A stretch of DNA of 64,000 bases from an uncultured virus (IMG/VR IMGVR_UViG_3300037067_016944) (taxonomy: Duplodnaviria; Heunggongvirae; Uroviricota; Caudoviricetes). The stretch lies in IMG/VR virus record IMGVR_UViG_3300037067_016944; one strand, written 5' to 3'. Position 1 is the stretch's first letter. The number at the start of each line of letters is the position of its first letter. Below the pieces are notes generated by a model. It had not been told where the DNA came from. It saw only the letters and a program-made list of their open reading frames with translations, and did no database searches. Below, piece by piece: positions 1 to 10,866 of this stretch. A program made the translations under genes and the position numbers.

Positions 1-141
1 GCCCTTATCCGGGCGGGAAACGCTATTGCGGGTCGAGGGATGGTTGCAAGTCCCAGTGCCCCTAAGGCTAACAGCGGTTGCATCCGGAAGGTGTCCGCGA
101 TTGTGGTAATCCTTCGTCGTCGTCCGCCTTTTGGAGGATAT

Positions 142-342
142 ATGACTCGTAAAGAGATATTACAAGAGATTCTGCCATACACTGTTCAGATGTTGCATCG
201 GACGCAAGACACTCTTCGTAAGCATCAAACCGGTGTGTGGAGCAGCGACCCGAAATATATCGCTAACTCCGAGGACAAAGTTCAAAAGTGGGCTCGGTGG
301 CGCGATCTAATTGAAGAACTCATAGCGGAGTGCCCAGAATAA
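142..342 (+). CDS. hypothetical protein
   Basis: GGAGG Shine-Dalgarno upstream of ATG 142; abuts next gene. Confidence 0.6.
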   Translation: MTRKEILQEILPYTVQMLHRTQDTLRKHQTGVWSSDPKYIANSEDKVQKWARWRDLIEELIAECPE

Positions 343-343
343 C

Positions 344-1039
344 ATGGATGCTGACGAGCCTGTCGATTGCATTGCTACTAGGTCTGCAAGGGCTGCCGGG
401 GTACCTGTGGATGAAATTTGGGAACCGCCGAAGGCGCGTGGCATGAAGCTATCTGACATGTCTACGCCGAAGGACCAGTGGACTGAAATGGTCAATCTGT
501 TCTATTCAAGGACGGAACGCCACATCGTTCTTGTGCAGAAATATGCACAAATCATCTACGAGTATTTTGATCGTGTTTCTGCTGAGTTGGTGACTAACGC
601 ATTCAAGCACGATGCCAGCAAGTATCAGCCACCAGAATACACGCCCTACGTCTACCTGACTTGGGGAAAGCAGAACAACATGGATTTCACCAGTATTTGC
701 CGCAAAATGCCTGAATGCAAAATCCATGGCTTCAGGACGCCACGAGATATCCAAACGGCTATCGATAAAGCCACACTACATCATATTACGACCAACAAGC
801 ATCACCCGGAGTATTACGCTCCGAACGTGAGTGATGACAAGAACAAAATCATCATAGCAACAGCGATGGATCTTATCAGCTTGGCTGAAATGTGTGCTGA
901 CTGGGCTGCTATGTCGGAAGAGCTAGGGACAGATCTCGTTAAGTGGGCCTATGAGAAAATTGGTGTGAAGTGGCGGTTCCATCCACATCAAAAGCGTGAT
1001 ATCGCAGACTTTCTAACCATTTGCGTGAAAAATGGCTGA
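344..1039 (+). CDS. DUF5662-like HD-type phosphohydrolase
   Basis: Motifs HDASK, HHxxxNxHHPE, EMCADW; true start may be downstream. Confidence 0.7.
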   Translation: MDADEPVDCIATRSARAAGVPVDEIWEPPKARGMKLSDMSTPKDQWTEMVNLFYSRTERHIVLVQKYAQIIYEYFDRVSAELVTNAFKHDASKYQPPEYTPYVYLTWGKQNNMDFTSICRKMPECKIHGFRTPRDIQTAIDKATLHHITTNKHHPEYYAPNVSDDKNKIIIATAMDLISLAEMCADWAAMSEELGTDLVKWAYEKIGVKWRFHPHQKRDIADFLTICVKNG

Positions 1040-1186
1040 AACGATACAAGAGCTACAAGCCAAGCTTGACCGTTTGACACTAGCACGTGAGCATCACGGA
1101 ATTGGGCCAGCGACTAAGAACGAATTCACGAAATTGATTCGCTCGACGCGAGCCAAGATACGTCGACTGGAGAAGAAAAAACCATC

Positions 1187-1654
1187 GTGATACCAATGCA
1201 AGTCTTCCAGCTACAAGCACGTGGTAAAGACATATTTGGTTGTGAGCGGACAATAACGATATACAATACAGTCGTTTTCGCGACACACGCACTCGCTGAG
1301 AAGCGGATTGAAAAATTTCGTGAGGCTGTTGTTGATCGTATAATTCAACCAATAATTTTCATTGTGCCGATGGACGTGATCACAGACGAAACGAATGAAT
1401 TGCCTGTAAGCTACACGCCGTCTATTTACGGACCGCCAACAGTAGAGAAGCGCAATGAAGTTGTCTATGCTACTGGTTATGAAGAGAAGCCCGGTTCATT
1501 TGGGATGTACGATGGTCCGACACCATCGTTGCAGGAGATTCTAGAATCAATACCGTGTGGCATTAACCCGTGCATAATCAGATTCAATCTCGATGGGTCT
1601 GAGCAAGTCCTCTATCGATGGAGCGACAATGATCGTTCCTGGAAGCTACAATAA
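1187..1654 (+). CDS. hypothetical protein
   Basis: ORF in co-oriented run; stop overlaps next start. Confidence 0.6.
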   Translation: MIPMQVFQLQARGKDIFGCERTITIYNTVVFATHALAEKRIEKFREAVVDRIIQPIIFIVPMDVITDETNELPVSYTPSIYGPPTVEKRNEVVYATGYEEKPGSFGMYDGPTPSLQEILESIPCGINPCIIRFNLDGSEQVLYRWSDNDRSWKLQ

Positions 1655-2313
1655 TGGAAATACCCGAATCAGTTCAAAAGGCCGTTTTGATAGATGCGGC
1701 TGAGAATGACTGCGACATCGCTGCTGGTGAACTAGCGATGTCTATGCGAGATAGACTACGGGCCACGATAGACGAAGAAAGAAAGCCGTTTGCTGAAGAG
1801 ATTGCGGCATCGATAAAAGACGATCCGCCGAAAGTCGAGAGGCATACGTGTCATGATTGCGGTGTCTCCGAAGGAGAGTTCCATAAGCCAGGGTGTGATA
1901 TGGAACGCTGTCCTTTCTGTGGAGGGCAGTTGATTTCCTGCAGTTGTTGCTATGAGCTTCTAAGCATCGACCACGGTGAAGGGACATGGGCCTATTCAAA
2001 TGGGCTGACAGAAGGACAGCAAGTGCAGTGGGAACGAATGCTCAAAGCCAAAGGACTTGTGCCGTATATCGTCTTCCCTAATATCTGCTGTCGCTGCGGC
2101 GAGTTGTGGCCTGAAATGTTTGGTGTTCCTACAGCCGACTGGATAAAGTACGTCCCGATTCAGTATCGCAGAGAGATGTTGTGCTTAGACTGCTACAAGG
2201 CCATCAAGTTTATGGTCGATAGCGCAAACGGATCTGCTTGTGGTGCAACAAACCCAAGCGAAGAACTAGTGCAGCAAGTCGTCGACGGGACGGCTGCCGA
2301 GAAGAGGGCATAA
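1654..2313 (+). CDS. Cys-rich zinc-finger protein
   Basis: [23 protein letters not shown] and CCRCG..CLDC motifs. Confidence 0.7.
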   Translation: MEIPESVQKAVLIDAAENDCDIAAGELAMSMRDRLRATIDEERKPFAEEIAASIKDDPPKVERHTCHDCGVSEGEFHKPGCDMERCPFCGGQLISCSCCYELLSIDHGEGTWAYSNGLTEGQQVQWERMLKAKGLVPYIVFPNICCRCGELWPEMFGVPTADWIKYVPIQYRREMLCLDCYKAIKFMVDSANGSACGATNPSEELVQQVVDGTAAEKRA

Positions 2314-2315
2314 TC

Positions 2316-2936
2316 ATGGAAGAGCAAAAGTTGAAGAAAATCAGGGTATCTGGTACGCAGCATCTCGGGTGCGACCAAGGTAGCGTTACTGTCGGCGAAT
2401 TGACCCCAGAAGAGATGGAGACGATAGAGGCGTTTACACTTGGTACTTGTTGGATTAGAGTGTCTGAGGATGGACGCCTTGAGAAACGAGAGAGATTTGC
2501 GGAGTTGCCGGGTCCGATTGAAGATCCGCACATTTTACCTAAATGGGTACCGCTAATCGACTGGACCAAAGAAGCTCCATTTCTTTGTAATCCACAGCCA
2601 CCGCTGCCGGATGAACCAGACCCGAAATACGACCATCCAGCCATCATAATTAAGCATCTCTGTGGCTACAATAACACGCCATATGAGGTGGAGGCCAGGA
2701 AGCTGCAATCTTATGGTTTTGAATGTCTTCGCTCTCGCCGTGGTAATGACGGGCGTTTTTGGGAAATCTGGTATCTGCCAAGCTATTATCATGCAAAAGG
2801 TGAGTTGAAATCCGTTATGGCTCTGAAAGGCGATTCAGCGGAACAGATTTCGGCAGCCGTCAATTTTTTGTGTCGTAATGTTTCGTTTGGTGCCCTTGAC
2901 GTATGCTATCAACGCGCGGCGATGGTAATAGATTAG
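2316..2936 (+). CDS. hypothetical protein
   Basis: ORF; start re-called at ATG 2316 after GAGG-type SD. Confidence 0.65.
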   Translation: MEEQKLKKIRVSGTQHLGCDQGSVTVGELTPEEMETIEAFTLGTCWIRVSEDGRLEKRERFAELPGPIEDPHILPKWVPLIDWTKEAPFLCNPQPPLPDEPDPKYDHPAIIIKHLCGYNNTPYEVEARKLQSYGFECLRSRRGNDGRFWEIWYLPSYYHAKGELKSVMALKGDSAEQISAAVNFLCRNVSFGALDVCYQRAAMVID

Positions 2937-2944
2937 GAGAGAAC

Positions 2945-3448
2945 ATGACGTTTGAAGACTTGTGGCGAGAATACGAAGAGGTAAAAGAAGAACTGAATGC
3001 TATGGAACCGACGCAAGGGCCGGTTACTGAACAACATCCAAAGATTGACGAATTGCGTGTAGAATTAAGACGCAAAGCCCAGGCAGTTATGGGGCATTAT
3101 TCCTCTTTCAGATGCGTCAAATGCTGGATGGTGGATGCCGTTGGGCATCAAACAGAATGCGATATTTCGCCCGAACTTGTTGCTGAGATAGAAGAAGACG
3201 CAACGCACGAGCTTGGCCATAAGTATGTTGAGAAGTTTGGTGCATTGCCGTCAGAAGTCAGAGAAGTTATGTCGAAATGGGACTTAACTGACTCTGGTGG
3301 TGGTTGTGGTAGTTGGCATTTAGGATGTCATTGCACAGATATAGAAGCTAAAGAGTTATGTCGCACCTTGCATGAGCGTTTTCAACATGCGATCGACAGG
3401 GGCATTCTCACTATCAGACGGTCATTCTGGTCGCTGAAGCTTCGCTAG
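2945..3448 (+). CDS. hypothetical protein
   Basis: AGGAG SD then ATG 2945. Confidence 0.65.
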   Translation: MTFEDLWREYEEVKEELNAMEPTQGPVTEQHPKIDELRVELRRKAQAVMGHYSSFRCVKCWMVDAVGHQTECDISPELVAEIEEDATHELGHKYVEKFGALPSEVREVMSKWDLTDSGGGCGSWHLGCHCTDIEAKELCRTLHERFQHAIDRGILTIRRSFWSLKLR

Positions 3449-3741
3449 ATTTCCAGCTTCTTGTGCTTCGCCAACTCGGCATCAAATCGCTTAAGCAGTC
3501 GTTTATTCTCTTGTCTTTGTCTGAATATTCGTAAATCTGCACCACTCATAGCTTGAAACGCTGCTAACTCTGCGTCGATTGGATTAGCTATATCGGCGGA
3601 TCGGAGTCTACGAAACTGCTCGCGATCAGATTCGGGTGCATTGAGAACGACTTGCCCAGGCCCACCACTCCATCTACCTGAATGCGAGTTCAGACTATAG
3701 GCTAAGAGATACTTATCAAGGATGTCTGAGGGCTTCGTCAT
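3445..3741 (-). CDS. hypothetical protein
   Basis: ORF, start re-called at MTKPS. Confidence 0.5.
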   Translation of the reverse strand: MTKPSDILDKYLLAYSLNSHSGRWSGGPGQVVLNAPESDREQFRRLRSADIANPIDAELAAFQAMSGADLRIFRQRQENKRLLKRFDAELAKHKKLEI

Positions 3742-4432
3742 ATACCGTAATTTTCGATGGCAACTCTTTGTGCCAAGCAATAAGTTTATCCAACCATTCG
3801 CTATCAGTTGGATAATGTGTGGCATCAGGTTTGCTTACCCACTCGTCCCCTTCCATTTCCATGGCGTTGTTCTCTTCATCGAGCCACCAGTGTTCCCCGA
3901 CGCCATAGCCGCCAACTGCAAGATAATTCGTGCCATCGGGGTAGCGAATCCAGTTGAATGAGACATAACACGGATCGGTAAGCATCTGCACAGCCCACCG
4001 AACCTCTGCCATGCTATTTGGCGTAGGCATGACACCGCCATGATAAAAAGGCCCGTCGTCAGAATCGTCCCACTCGCACGATTTCATCTCAACACCATTG
4101 ATGGTGATTTTGACGTAGCCCTTATGATTAACGAGTGCAATGCCGCCCATATTGCCAATAACGACATGGTGGGCGTGACCGGTGAGCCACTGATCCAATT
4201 CTGGCTCATTGTCGAGCTTGATAGCTCGCTCTTGTGTTTGTTGTTCTACTTTACCGAAGTTTGGATCGGCTTTTAATAGAGCATCGAATTTTAAACCAGT
4301 TGCTTGTTCTAGCGGCCTGTCGTCACCAGGGCCTTCTGAATGCAAGCTGGCGTCTTCGGCAGGCTTAAAGCGTTCAGGCTTTTCGCCGTCTTTGAATTTC
4401 CAACACAATCCGCCGTAATCGGAGTAGGACAT
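3716..4432 (-). CDS. hypothetical protein
   Basis: 238 aa ORF in minus-strand run. Confidence 0.7.
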   Translation of the reverse strand: MSYSDYGGLCWKFKDGEKPERFKPAEDASLHSEGPGDDRPLEQATGLKFDALLKADPNFGKVEQQTQERAIKLDNEPELDQWLTGHAHHVVIGNMGGIALVNHKGYVKITINGVEMKSCEWDDSDDGPFYHGGVMPTPNSMAEVRWAVQMLTDPCYVSFNWIRYPDGTNYLAVGGYGVGEHWWLDEENNAMEMEGDEWVSKPDATHYPTDSEWLDKLIAWHKELPSKITVYDEALRHP

Positions 4433-4456
4433 ATTAAGGCTCTTTTGCGTAGTTCT

Positions 4457-4723
4457 TTATTCACCAAAATTAACGGTTCGAATTTCGACAGCTTGTGGAT
4501 CAATAACCCTTTGGTCATTCTTCTCGATCATTCTTGACCCATCGGGACTATAGCAGGACAAACACTCTTGCGGTGCCCACTCATAGGGTGGGTTTTGCCA
4601 AACGCCGACACGCATTCTCACAACGATTTTGGCGTCCGCAAAACACCAACAACCACCCGACACGCTGCGATTGTAAAAGTCGTCGCGGCAGCCGTCGCAC
4701 ATTGATTTTGACTTTTCAGTCAT
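4457..4723 (-). CDS. Cys-rich hypothetical protein
   Basis: AAGGA SD; CDGC..CWC..CLSC. Confidence 0.6.
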   Translation of the reverse strand: MTEKSKSMCDGCRDDFYNRSVSGGCWCFADAKIVVRMRVGVWQNPPYEWAPQECLSCYSPDGSRMIEKNDQRVIDPQAVEIRTVNFGE

Positions 4724-4867
4724 AGTTTTCCTTTGTTGTGCAGATATATCACTATCGCAGCCGCCGAACCACCAAGTATGAAACCGACAACAGTGCCGAG
4801 TTGTAGCATTCGGCCAATATAACCGGCAGAGATACAAGCAGCTAAGAATACGACCGGGAATCGCAAC

Positions 4868-5092
4868 TCACATAGTACTTGACGTATCATTTGGTCTCAA
4901 TAACTTGAGTATTGGTTCATTCTCTGCGGGCATTCCGCCCCATGATTTACCGCACTGACACATAATCACGGTAGATCCGTCCGCATTGATGATATCGATA
5001 GCGCAGTGCAAATGGAACAGTATATGCCAGAAGCGTCTGAATCGCGCCCATGGGCGTATCTGCCGAAGGTAATACAACAAAAGACGCTTCAT
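4868..5092 (-). CDS. small hypothetical protein
   Basis: ORF in minus-strand run. Confidence 0.5.
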   Translation of the reverse strand: MKRLLLYYLRQIRPWARFRRFWHILFHLHCAIDIINADGSTVIMCQCGKSWGGMPAENEPILKLLRPNDTSSTM

Positions 5093-5139
5093 ACTGCTAT
5101 AAACTCCGAAAATTGCAATGGATCAAAGATGATGTCCTG

Positions 5140-5445
5140 TTAGCACATCCTTGCAAAATTATCGATACGCATCGCCTCCGTGCAGCTTATATCAGCGATA
5201 TTATCGCAATCGCTTGATTCCCACTCAACCCATGATCCTTCTTGCCCTTCGGTGTCGTCGTCGGGATCGAACTCCTCAAGACCACCCATATTGCTCACGT
5301 TGCCAATCATTCCGTTGCTGACTAGATAATTGTCATAGTCAGCAAGCGCTGAGAGGATTTGTTTGGCCTCAACGAGCCCGACAACGGGGACATAGAACGA
5401 TTCTTTATTCGGTGGATGATTCCACCAGACGCGAAGTTTCTTCAT
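5140..5445 (-). CDS. P22 gp17-like superinfection exclusion family protein
   Basis: KLRVWW..P...FYVPV...L..LA.YD...N.GGL...W.EW pattern matches recalled family. Confidence 0.65.
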   Translation of the reverse strand: MKKLRVWWNHPPNKESFYVPVVGLVEAKQILSALADYDNYLVSNGMIGNVSNMGGLEEFDPDDDTEGQEGSWVEWESSDCDNIADISCTEAMRIDNFARMC

Positions 5446-5446
5446 G

Positions 5447-5845
5447 TTATTTCTTGCAGTATCGAGCAGCCGTGATAGCTGAGACGCCGAGTGCCTTGCC
5501 GATTGCCCTGAACGATTTGCCCTTCGCGTGAAGCTGTTTCGCTTTCTTAGCTAGCCGCTCCCGCTTGACCTTCTCTGCCTTCGCAGCTTTCTCCGACACC
5601 ACCTTCTTGTCTGCGAGCTTGTCAGCACCGGCAGGCTTTTCGACTGCCTTGCTAACGGTTGTGCTACGGCACGCTGCTTTGTGCATGTTTTTGCCGAATC
5701 CAGCAATCATACCAGTCCCCTTGTTCTTCGAAATGAACTTCGCGAGATCATCGCAAAAGTCCAGATCGAGAACAATGCTATAGAATGCCGGTTTGATGTC
5801 GAACATTTGTTTAGCGTCGGGCTTCTTAGTGACTTTCTTCGCCAT
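5447..5845 (-). CDS. basic protein with C-terminal HTH
   Basis: GKSFRAIGKALGVSAITAARY helix-turn-helix. Confidence 0.7.
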   Translation of the reverse strand: MAKKVTKKPDAKQMFDIKPAFYSIVLDLDFCDDLAKFISKNKGTGMIAGFGKNMHKAACRSTTVSKAVEKPAGADKLADKKVVSEKAAKAEKVKRERLAKKAKQLHAKGKSFRAIGKALGVSAITAARYCKK

Positions 5846-5858
5846 TGGTGGCTCCTAA

Positions 5859-6914
5859 TTAAAGTGTGATACCGTATCTAGACTCACAGATTTGTCTATA
5901 CAGAGCCGCAATCTTTTTGCGGTCCGGTGAATCTCGCAGCGTTGACGCTTTACAGAGAGCATCCAATCGGGCGTCCAATCCGTCTGCGATAGCTTCGATG
6001 TCCTCATACTTCCATTCGCCTCTCAAAATCCCTCGCAATTCTTCTGCATCGGGACGTCTTACTAAGACCTTCTGATCGCGTAGGATCTCTTCGGCCATAC
6101 GAGATAGCCGAATTAGATGCATGCTATGCTTCACATCATAACCATACTTACGCTCTAGCTCTTTACGAGCCGGATTGCGCTCCTTGTCCCATTTGCGATA
6201 TGAATTCCAGACTTGCAGTGCTGTGGCATATCGCCTTTCTTTGGCGACTTGATCTTTCGAGCCATCAGCAGCCCACTCATCGGGAAGTGACAAGATAGCG
6301 TTCTGGTGTTCCTTCGGAATTTTGCTGTTTTCAGGCAACCCAAATTCCTGCCGAGTCGGTTGGTGGGTTGGCGGGTTAATCAGATAACCGCGATGTGTCT
6401 TTATACGCTTGAGTTGCTGAATGGCGTAACCGGCGAACGTCCAGCGAGCCTTCTTTGATAGGAACAGATCACGATGAGATCGTATCAATTCCCATTCGGG
6501 TGTACTGATATCAATCAGATGATCGACATATAGGAACTCGATGATGTTCGGGTTGCAATCAGCAGCCAGCTTCAAGAACTTACGTAACTCTTGTAACTCT
6601 GAGTCTTCGCCCGGTTTGTGGACCGTTTCAACAGACAATGACAGATCACCACGGTCGGTAGCTAGAGCAGCTTCAATCGAGTTTCTAGCTGCATGTGGAT
6701 CGGTGGCATCAATGGCGTCCAATGCACTATGCAATGCTTGTTTGATGGTACCAGAACCAACGAAACTCGTCTGGAAAATGTCGAAGGCGGAAGATAGCGG
6801 CGCAATGAAAACGCCACGCCTGTCAATATCGCTATCGGGTCGATTCGTTCCATATTGATGGGAACCGGATACGAATTGGAAGATACAATGCTTAATAGCT
6901 TCGTCGTAGTGCAT
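5859..6914 (-). CDS. DNA polymerase-beta superfamily nucleotidyltransferase (RlaP-like)
   Basis: GSHQYG..SDID.RG, NPNIIE, YDVKH..HLIRL, LRGILRGEW motifs. Confidence 0.88.
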   Translation of the reverse strand: MHYDEAIKHCIFQFVSGSHQYGTNRPDSDIDRRGVFIAPLSSAFDIFQTSFVGSGTIKQALHSALDAIDATDPHAARNSIEAALATDRGDLSLSVETVHKPGEDSELQELRKFLKLAADCNPNIIEFLYVDHLIDISTPEWELIRSHRDLFLSKKARWTFAGYAIQQLKRIKTHRGYLINPPTHQPTRQEFGLPENSKIPKEHQNAILSLPDEWAADGSKDQVAKERRYATALQVWNSYRKWDKERNPARKELERKYGYDVKHSMHLIRLSRMAEEILRDQKVLVRRPDAEELRGILRGEWKYEDIEAIADGLDARLDALCKASTLRDSPDRKKIAALYRQICESRYGITL

Positions 6915-6942
6915 TATTTCTTTCTTCGTCGCTTTAGAAATG

Positions 6943-7317
6943 CTAATAATCGGGCGAAAAAGAACCCGACAATGAATCCGATGGCAGAGTTGATGATGAC
7001 GTCATATTCTCTACACAAGCAGACAGCATACCCCTGGAAATATTTAGCTGATTGCGAAAAACTTCGATCTGACCAGCTAACGTATGCAGTAAATCTTGTG
7101 CGGCTTCGAGTGACTTGAATTGCAAGTACTCTTTTGACATAGTTATCGCGCCATTCTCACATGGCAAACATCCCACCATAGCCGTTGTTGCTGAGCCGTC
7201 GCCAGCCGCTCGTAAGAGAATGTCCTCGACACGGCCTAAAAGAGTTTCGCCGTTATCGTCCTCTTTGAATAGCTCTTCAAGGCATGTGAGAGTACGCAGT
7301 GTTTCGTTGCTAGCCAT
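6943..7317 (-). CDS. hypothetical protein
   Basis: ORF coupled to upstream gene. Confidence 0.55.
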   Translation of the reverse strand: MASNETLRTLTCLEELFKEDDNGETLLGRVEDILLRAAGDGSATTAMVGCLPCENGAITMSKEYLQFKSLEAAQDLLHTLAGQIEVFRNQLNISRGMLSACVENMTSSSTLPSDSLSGSFSPDY

Positions 7318-7817
7318 TAGCGTTGCTTTTGTTGTAATATGAAATCATCAAGATAGTTCGTTAACGGTAGCCCCATGACTGATATCAGCCCCTCAATATC
7401 CTTTTCTACGCGGTCTTTCAACCGTTTCAAACGTTTTTTGCGTTCCTGGTATGGATGTTGGTGTAACTGTTTATGGTCTCTCTTCGTATGACTCGCTGGC
7501 TGACCTTCATTAGTTGCAACGGCGTGCGCTTCAGATTTCGCAAGTTTACATTCTATCCTACCGCGAGCTTGGTTGCAAGCATAACATGCAATTACCTTAC
7601 GGATGACTTTGAGTTTACCACGCCTGTTTCTCCTGATGATGCCCAAATCACGTTCTTGGCGTCGTTCGTCCAACTTACTATAAAGGTGATCTATTGTTGC
7701 GGCATCGTCTGGCATAGTCTCATGGTCAGCGGGAATTATTAACTTGGTTGGACGTCGACACCAATAGCAGTGCGAGTCCTTTCTCCATAAGAATTCACGT
7801 TGACTCAATCTACCCAT
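7317..7817 (-). CDS. HNH endonuclease
   Basis: CYWC...ATIDHL...ACYACN; start at MGRLSQ directly after phage promoter (leaderless). Confidence 0.8.
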   Translation of the reverse strand: MGRLSQREFLWRKDSHCYWCRRPTKLIIPADHETMPDDAATIDHLYSKLDERRQERDLGIIRRNRRGKLKVIRKVIACYACNQARGRIECKLAKSEAHAVATNEGQPASHTKRDHKQLHQHPYQERKKRLKRLKDRVEKDIEGLISVMGLPLTNYLDDFILQQKQR

Positions 7818-8111
7818 GAGAAGTTTATAGCACCAAGGAACCAATTACTTAATAAAATGGTAGGTTGGAGTCGATACCAACTAGGCTCGGTAAGGCGACG
7901 ATCTAACCTGCGCACGCCGCTTTTAGTAGATTCCCTTGAATGACTTGCCGCTAGTATCGTTTCAACTAGGGTCCGGCCCGGTCGCATTGTAACCGTCATA
8001 TCGCCCCGAATGCATCTCTGTGTCACCACAGACGGGCAACTTGAAATCTTGAGCCAACACTACTAAATGTTGCACAGTCAATCTGTGCCACTACCATTCA
8101 GTAATAAAATA

Positions 8112-8726
8112 CTACCGCCCAGCGAAACTACCTATTTCTTCGTGAGCGTGATCAGATAGACTGGACAAGGCCGTATGTCTCAAATTAGCCTTAGAAACTG
8201 GAACATCCGGTCTAGTAGCTAATAGTTTCAGAGTGGACCTATCTATTTCATAACCATTCTGTGCCTTCTTATATGCTTTATTGGTGCTCAAAGCCCGAGC
8301 CTCTTCAGGAGTTAGTCCAAATCGTTTCACCACCACACCAATACCGGTCCAGATCGAATTATATGGCATATTTTGTGGCATGGCATCTAGCTTCTGAAGG
8401 ATTGATGCCATTGTCCGTGATTCGTCTGATTCAGTCAGCCCATAAAGCTTGGCTGATTGTGGATGGTATTTTCTGATAATCTTCTCGCCCTGTTCAACAC
8501 CTTTCTGCTCCCAGTCGTTGAGCGGCCTATATTTGGAGATCTTGCGTAGTATATCCATGCGTGTTATTGCTGCATGAAAATATCTCTCGCCCATACCACT
8601 CTGAGTGCAGCACCTAGCATCAGCTTGTTTCAATGCCTGCTCAAGTCGCCATAATTCGGTTCGTTGAGATTTGGATGTTTTCACACCCGATAATGCAGAT
8701 TCTAGTAATTTGTCGAAGCTACGCAT
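8112..8726 (-). CDS. hypothetical protein (possible virion internal protein)
   Basis: GAGGAG SD; N-terminus MRSFDKLLE. Confidence 0.65.
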   Translation of the reverse strand: MRSFDKLLESALSGVKTSKSQRTELWRLEQALKQADARCCTQSGMGERYFHAAITRMDILRKISKYRPLNDWEQKGVEQGEKIIRKYHPQSAKLYGLTESDESRTMASILQKLDAMPQNMPYNSIWTGIGVVVKRFGLTPEEARALSTNKAYKKAQNGYEIDRSTLKLLATRPDVPVSKANLRHTALSSLSDHAHEEIGSFAGR

Positions 8727-9210
8727 TTGCTTCTCCTCAGTATAGTCGCCACCCGAGTATATTTTTGGGCGACAGATGCAAAACTACTACGGAGGATATC
8801 ATGATTCAAGAGGCCAAAAAAGATCTGACAGAGGTTCCCGGCACTGCACCATACGCTCTGAAGCAGATATCAGGCGAATTAAAGGAAACCACAGACCTTA
8901 ATCAACTACTCTCTAGTTGATGGTGCTATTGGGCAATATGTTGGTCGTGGTTTATCGCCGGCGAACTATGAAAAATTCATCAACGATATTCGAAGAAGTG
9001 ACAGCATAGAGAAGGCACAATTCGTCATTTGGCAGTGGCTCGTCGCGTCATCAGGCAATCGCGTCATGTATACTGGTGGAGAACGGAGGCGGTGGGGGAC
9101 ACGAGAAGGAATTGAGGCAGTTGCTTCAATGATAACAGAAAATGTCAACTCCGTGTTATCGCCGACCAACATGCTATTGGCCGAGCTTCTTGAGCCATAT
9201 GGCTGCACTA

Positions 9211-9723
9211 TTATACCACTCTAATGATTTCCACTTCCAGGCCGAGCTTCTCGATCTGTTTGCGTAGATTTGTGGTAAATGTGCTTAGATTCTTCGCCTT
9301 TGGCGTTCTATAGCCAAATCCCAACAATGCTCGTTGGAAGAAAGCATCAAAACAGTAATTGTCGCTGTTCGACCATTCCTTAAAGCCGCTATATCTGGTG
9401 CTGTTTAGTTTGCGACCAACTTTTCTTGATGCTATTGTGTGGCGCAAGATCCACGCAAACCTGTCACATCTGACAATATGGACGCTACCTTTTCTAACCA
9501 AAAAGTTATAGATGTCGCGATCTGACGGAGTGGTGGCATCTTTTGTCGGATGGGTATGAAAAGATATCGGCTCATCGAGATTAGGCCAGCAATAAGAGCA
9601 GCCGCCGCGTTCATAGACGACACTCGTATTAGCTATATGTCCGAATAGCTCATGGTCGCGTTCTACCGGCAGCAGCCGACAAATTTGCGACAATTCCAGA
9701 CCTTTTCTGATCTTGAGCCTCAT
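9211..9723 (-). CDS. JAB/MPN+ (JAMM) metallo-isopeptidase-like protein
   Basis: E(HELFG)...FHTHP-x7-SDRD motif; leaderless start after promoter. Confidence 0.7.
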   Translation of the reverse strand: MRLKIRKGLELSQICRLLPVERDHELFGHIANTSVVYERGGCSYCWPNLDEPISFHTHPTKDATTPSDRDIYNFLVRKGSVHIVRCDRFAWILRHTIASRKVGRKLNSTRYSGFKEWSNSDNYCFDAFFQRALLGFGYRTPKAKNLSTFTTNLRKQIEKLGLEVEIIRVV

Positions 9724-9786
9724 AGATTATTATAGCATAATCAATTATATGAATTAATACTGAGACAAATATACACAAGTAATTAT

Positions 9787-9984
9787 TCACTTCTCTGTTG
9801 ACACGAATTCACCTAGATACTCCTGTCTGAATTCGCAATAGTCGGCTCTGGCTCTGGCCCTCTCGATATCAAAGAATGGATTCGGCACCTCATTGGGAGT
9901 CGAGATAAGCTTACGTAGGTATTTCTCTGTCTTAAGACGTTCCATAAAGATAGCTTCCAGTTCTTTACTTATCTCGTCGGACAT
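9787..9984 (-). CDS. small hypothetical protein
   Basis: GGGAG SD; ends FRQEYLGEFV. Confidence 0.55.
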   Translation of the reverse strand: MSDEISKELEAIFMERLKTEKYLRKLISTPNEVPNPFFDIERARARADYCEFRQEYLGEFVSTEK

Positions 9985-10428
9985 TTAGGGCTCCCTTGGT
10001 ATCTCTTGTTGTTTCCTTGGTATTTTCTTTGCATTCTGGCAACTTCAATGTAGTTCGAGAGGGTTTGCGTCTTCTAGCGTAAGAAGACCATTTTCTGTGC
10101 GTCGTTCGGGTTCGCATTGACTGGATAATATGACGCCGCACAAATCAAGATATAAGTATTGGTATTTCACATATCGGAGAATCTTATGCATTGCTATTGG
10201 GCGAATATGTGTGAGGAAATGACAGAGCTGCGTAGAAGGATTTGGAATAAGTGGTTATTATTGTGGTGGTATCGACTCTTCATACGACGCAACGAATTCC
10301 ATAGATCTCTCAACTCTGACTTTGACGCGATGTTGGCCATGGACAGCTCTGAGCTGAAGAAATTTTAAAGACCTCCAACACAGACGAAAAATCGCCCACA
10401 AAAGAGACTTACGTCGCTCTAAAGCATT

Positions 10429-10692
10429 ATGAACATCGTACAGATTTCAAAGGATCAATTCGAGCGGATGGGTTCTGGCTCATTAGTCGGCAAGGTTGCC
10501 GAAAAATTCCCTCCATCTGAGGTCACTATCAAATTCGAGCAGACGACGCTGAATTGGCGGAAGGCTAATGGCGGACCTGAAGAAATCATCGTTCCAGAGT
10601 ATCTTCCGATGTGCTTGTGTGGTGATATAGTTGATTTGATAAGACTTGGATACAAACTGACAATCGATGAATATTATACTAGACAGAATTAG
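10429..10692 (+). CDS. hypothetical protein
   Basis: ORF in plus-strand run. Confidence 0.55.
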   Translation: MNIVQISKDQFERMGSGSLVGKVAEKFPPSEVTIKFEQTTLNWRKANGGPEEIIVPEYLPMCLCGDIVDLIRLGYKLTIDEYYTRQN

Positions 10693-10866
10693 AAGCTGCA
10701 AATGGTCGGATCCCTTTACGCAGGATGATCTTACTCCAAACTGCCGCTGTCGGCACCAAAATGCGAAAAATGAGATCGATGCCAGCAGCAACGGTAAATT
10801 AGTTGACTGCTGGTGTTTAGGATTCATCGAGATGTGCCCATATTACGAACAAATAGAGAAATCATA

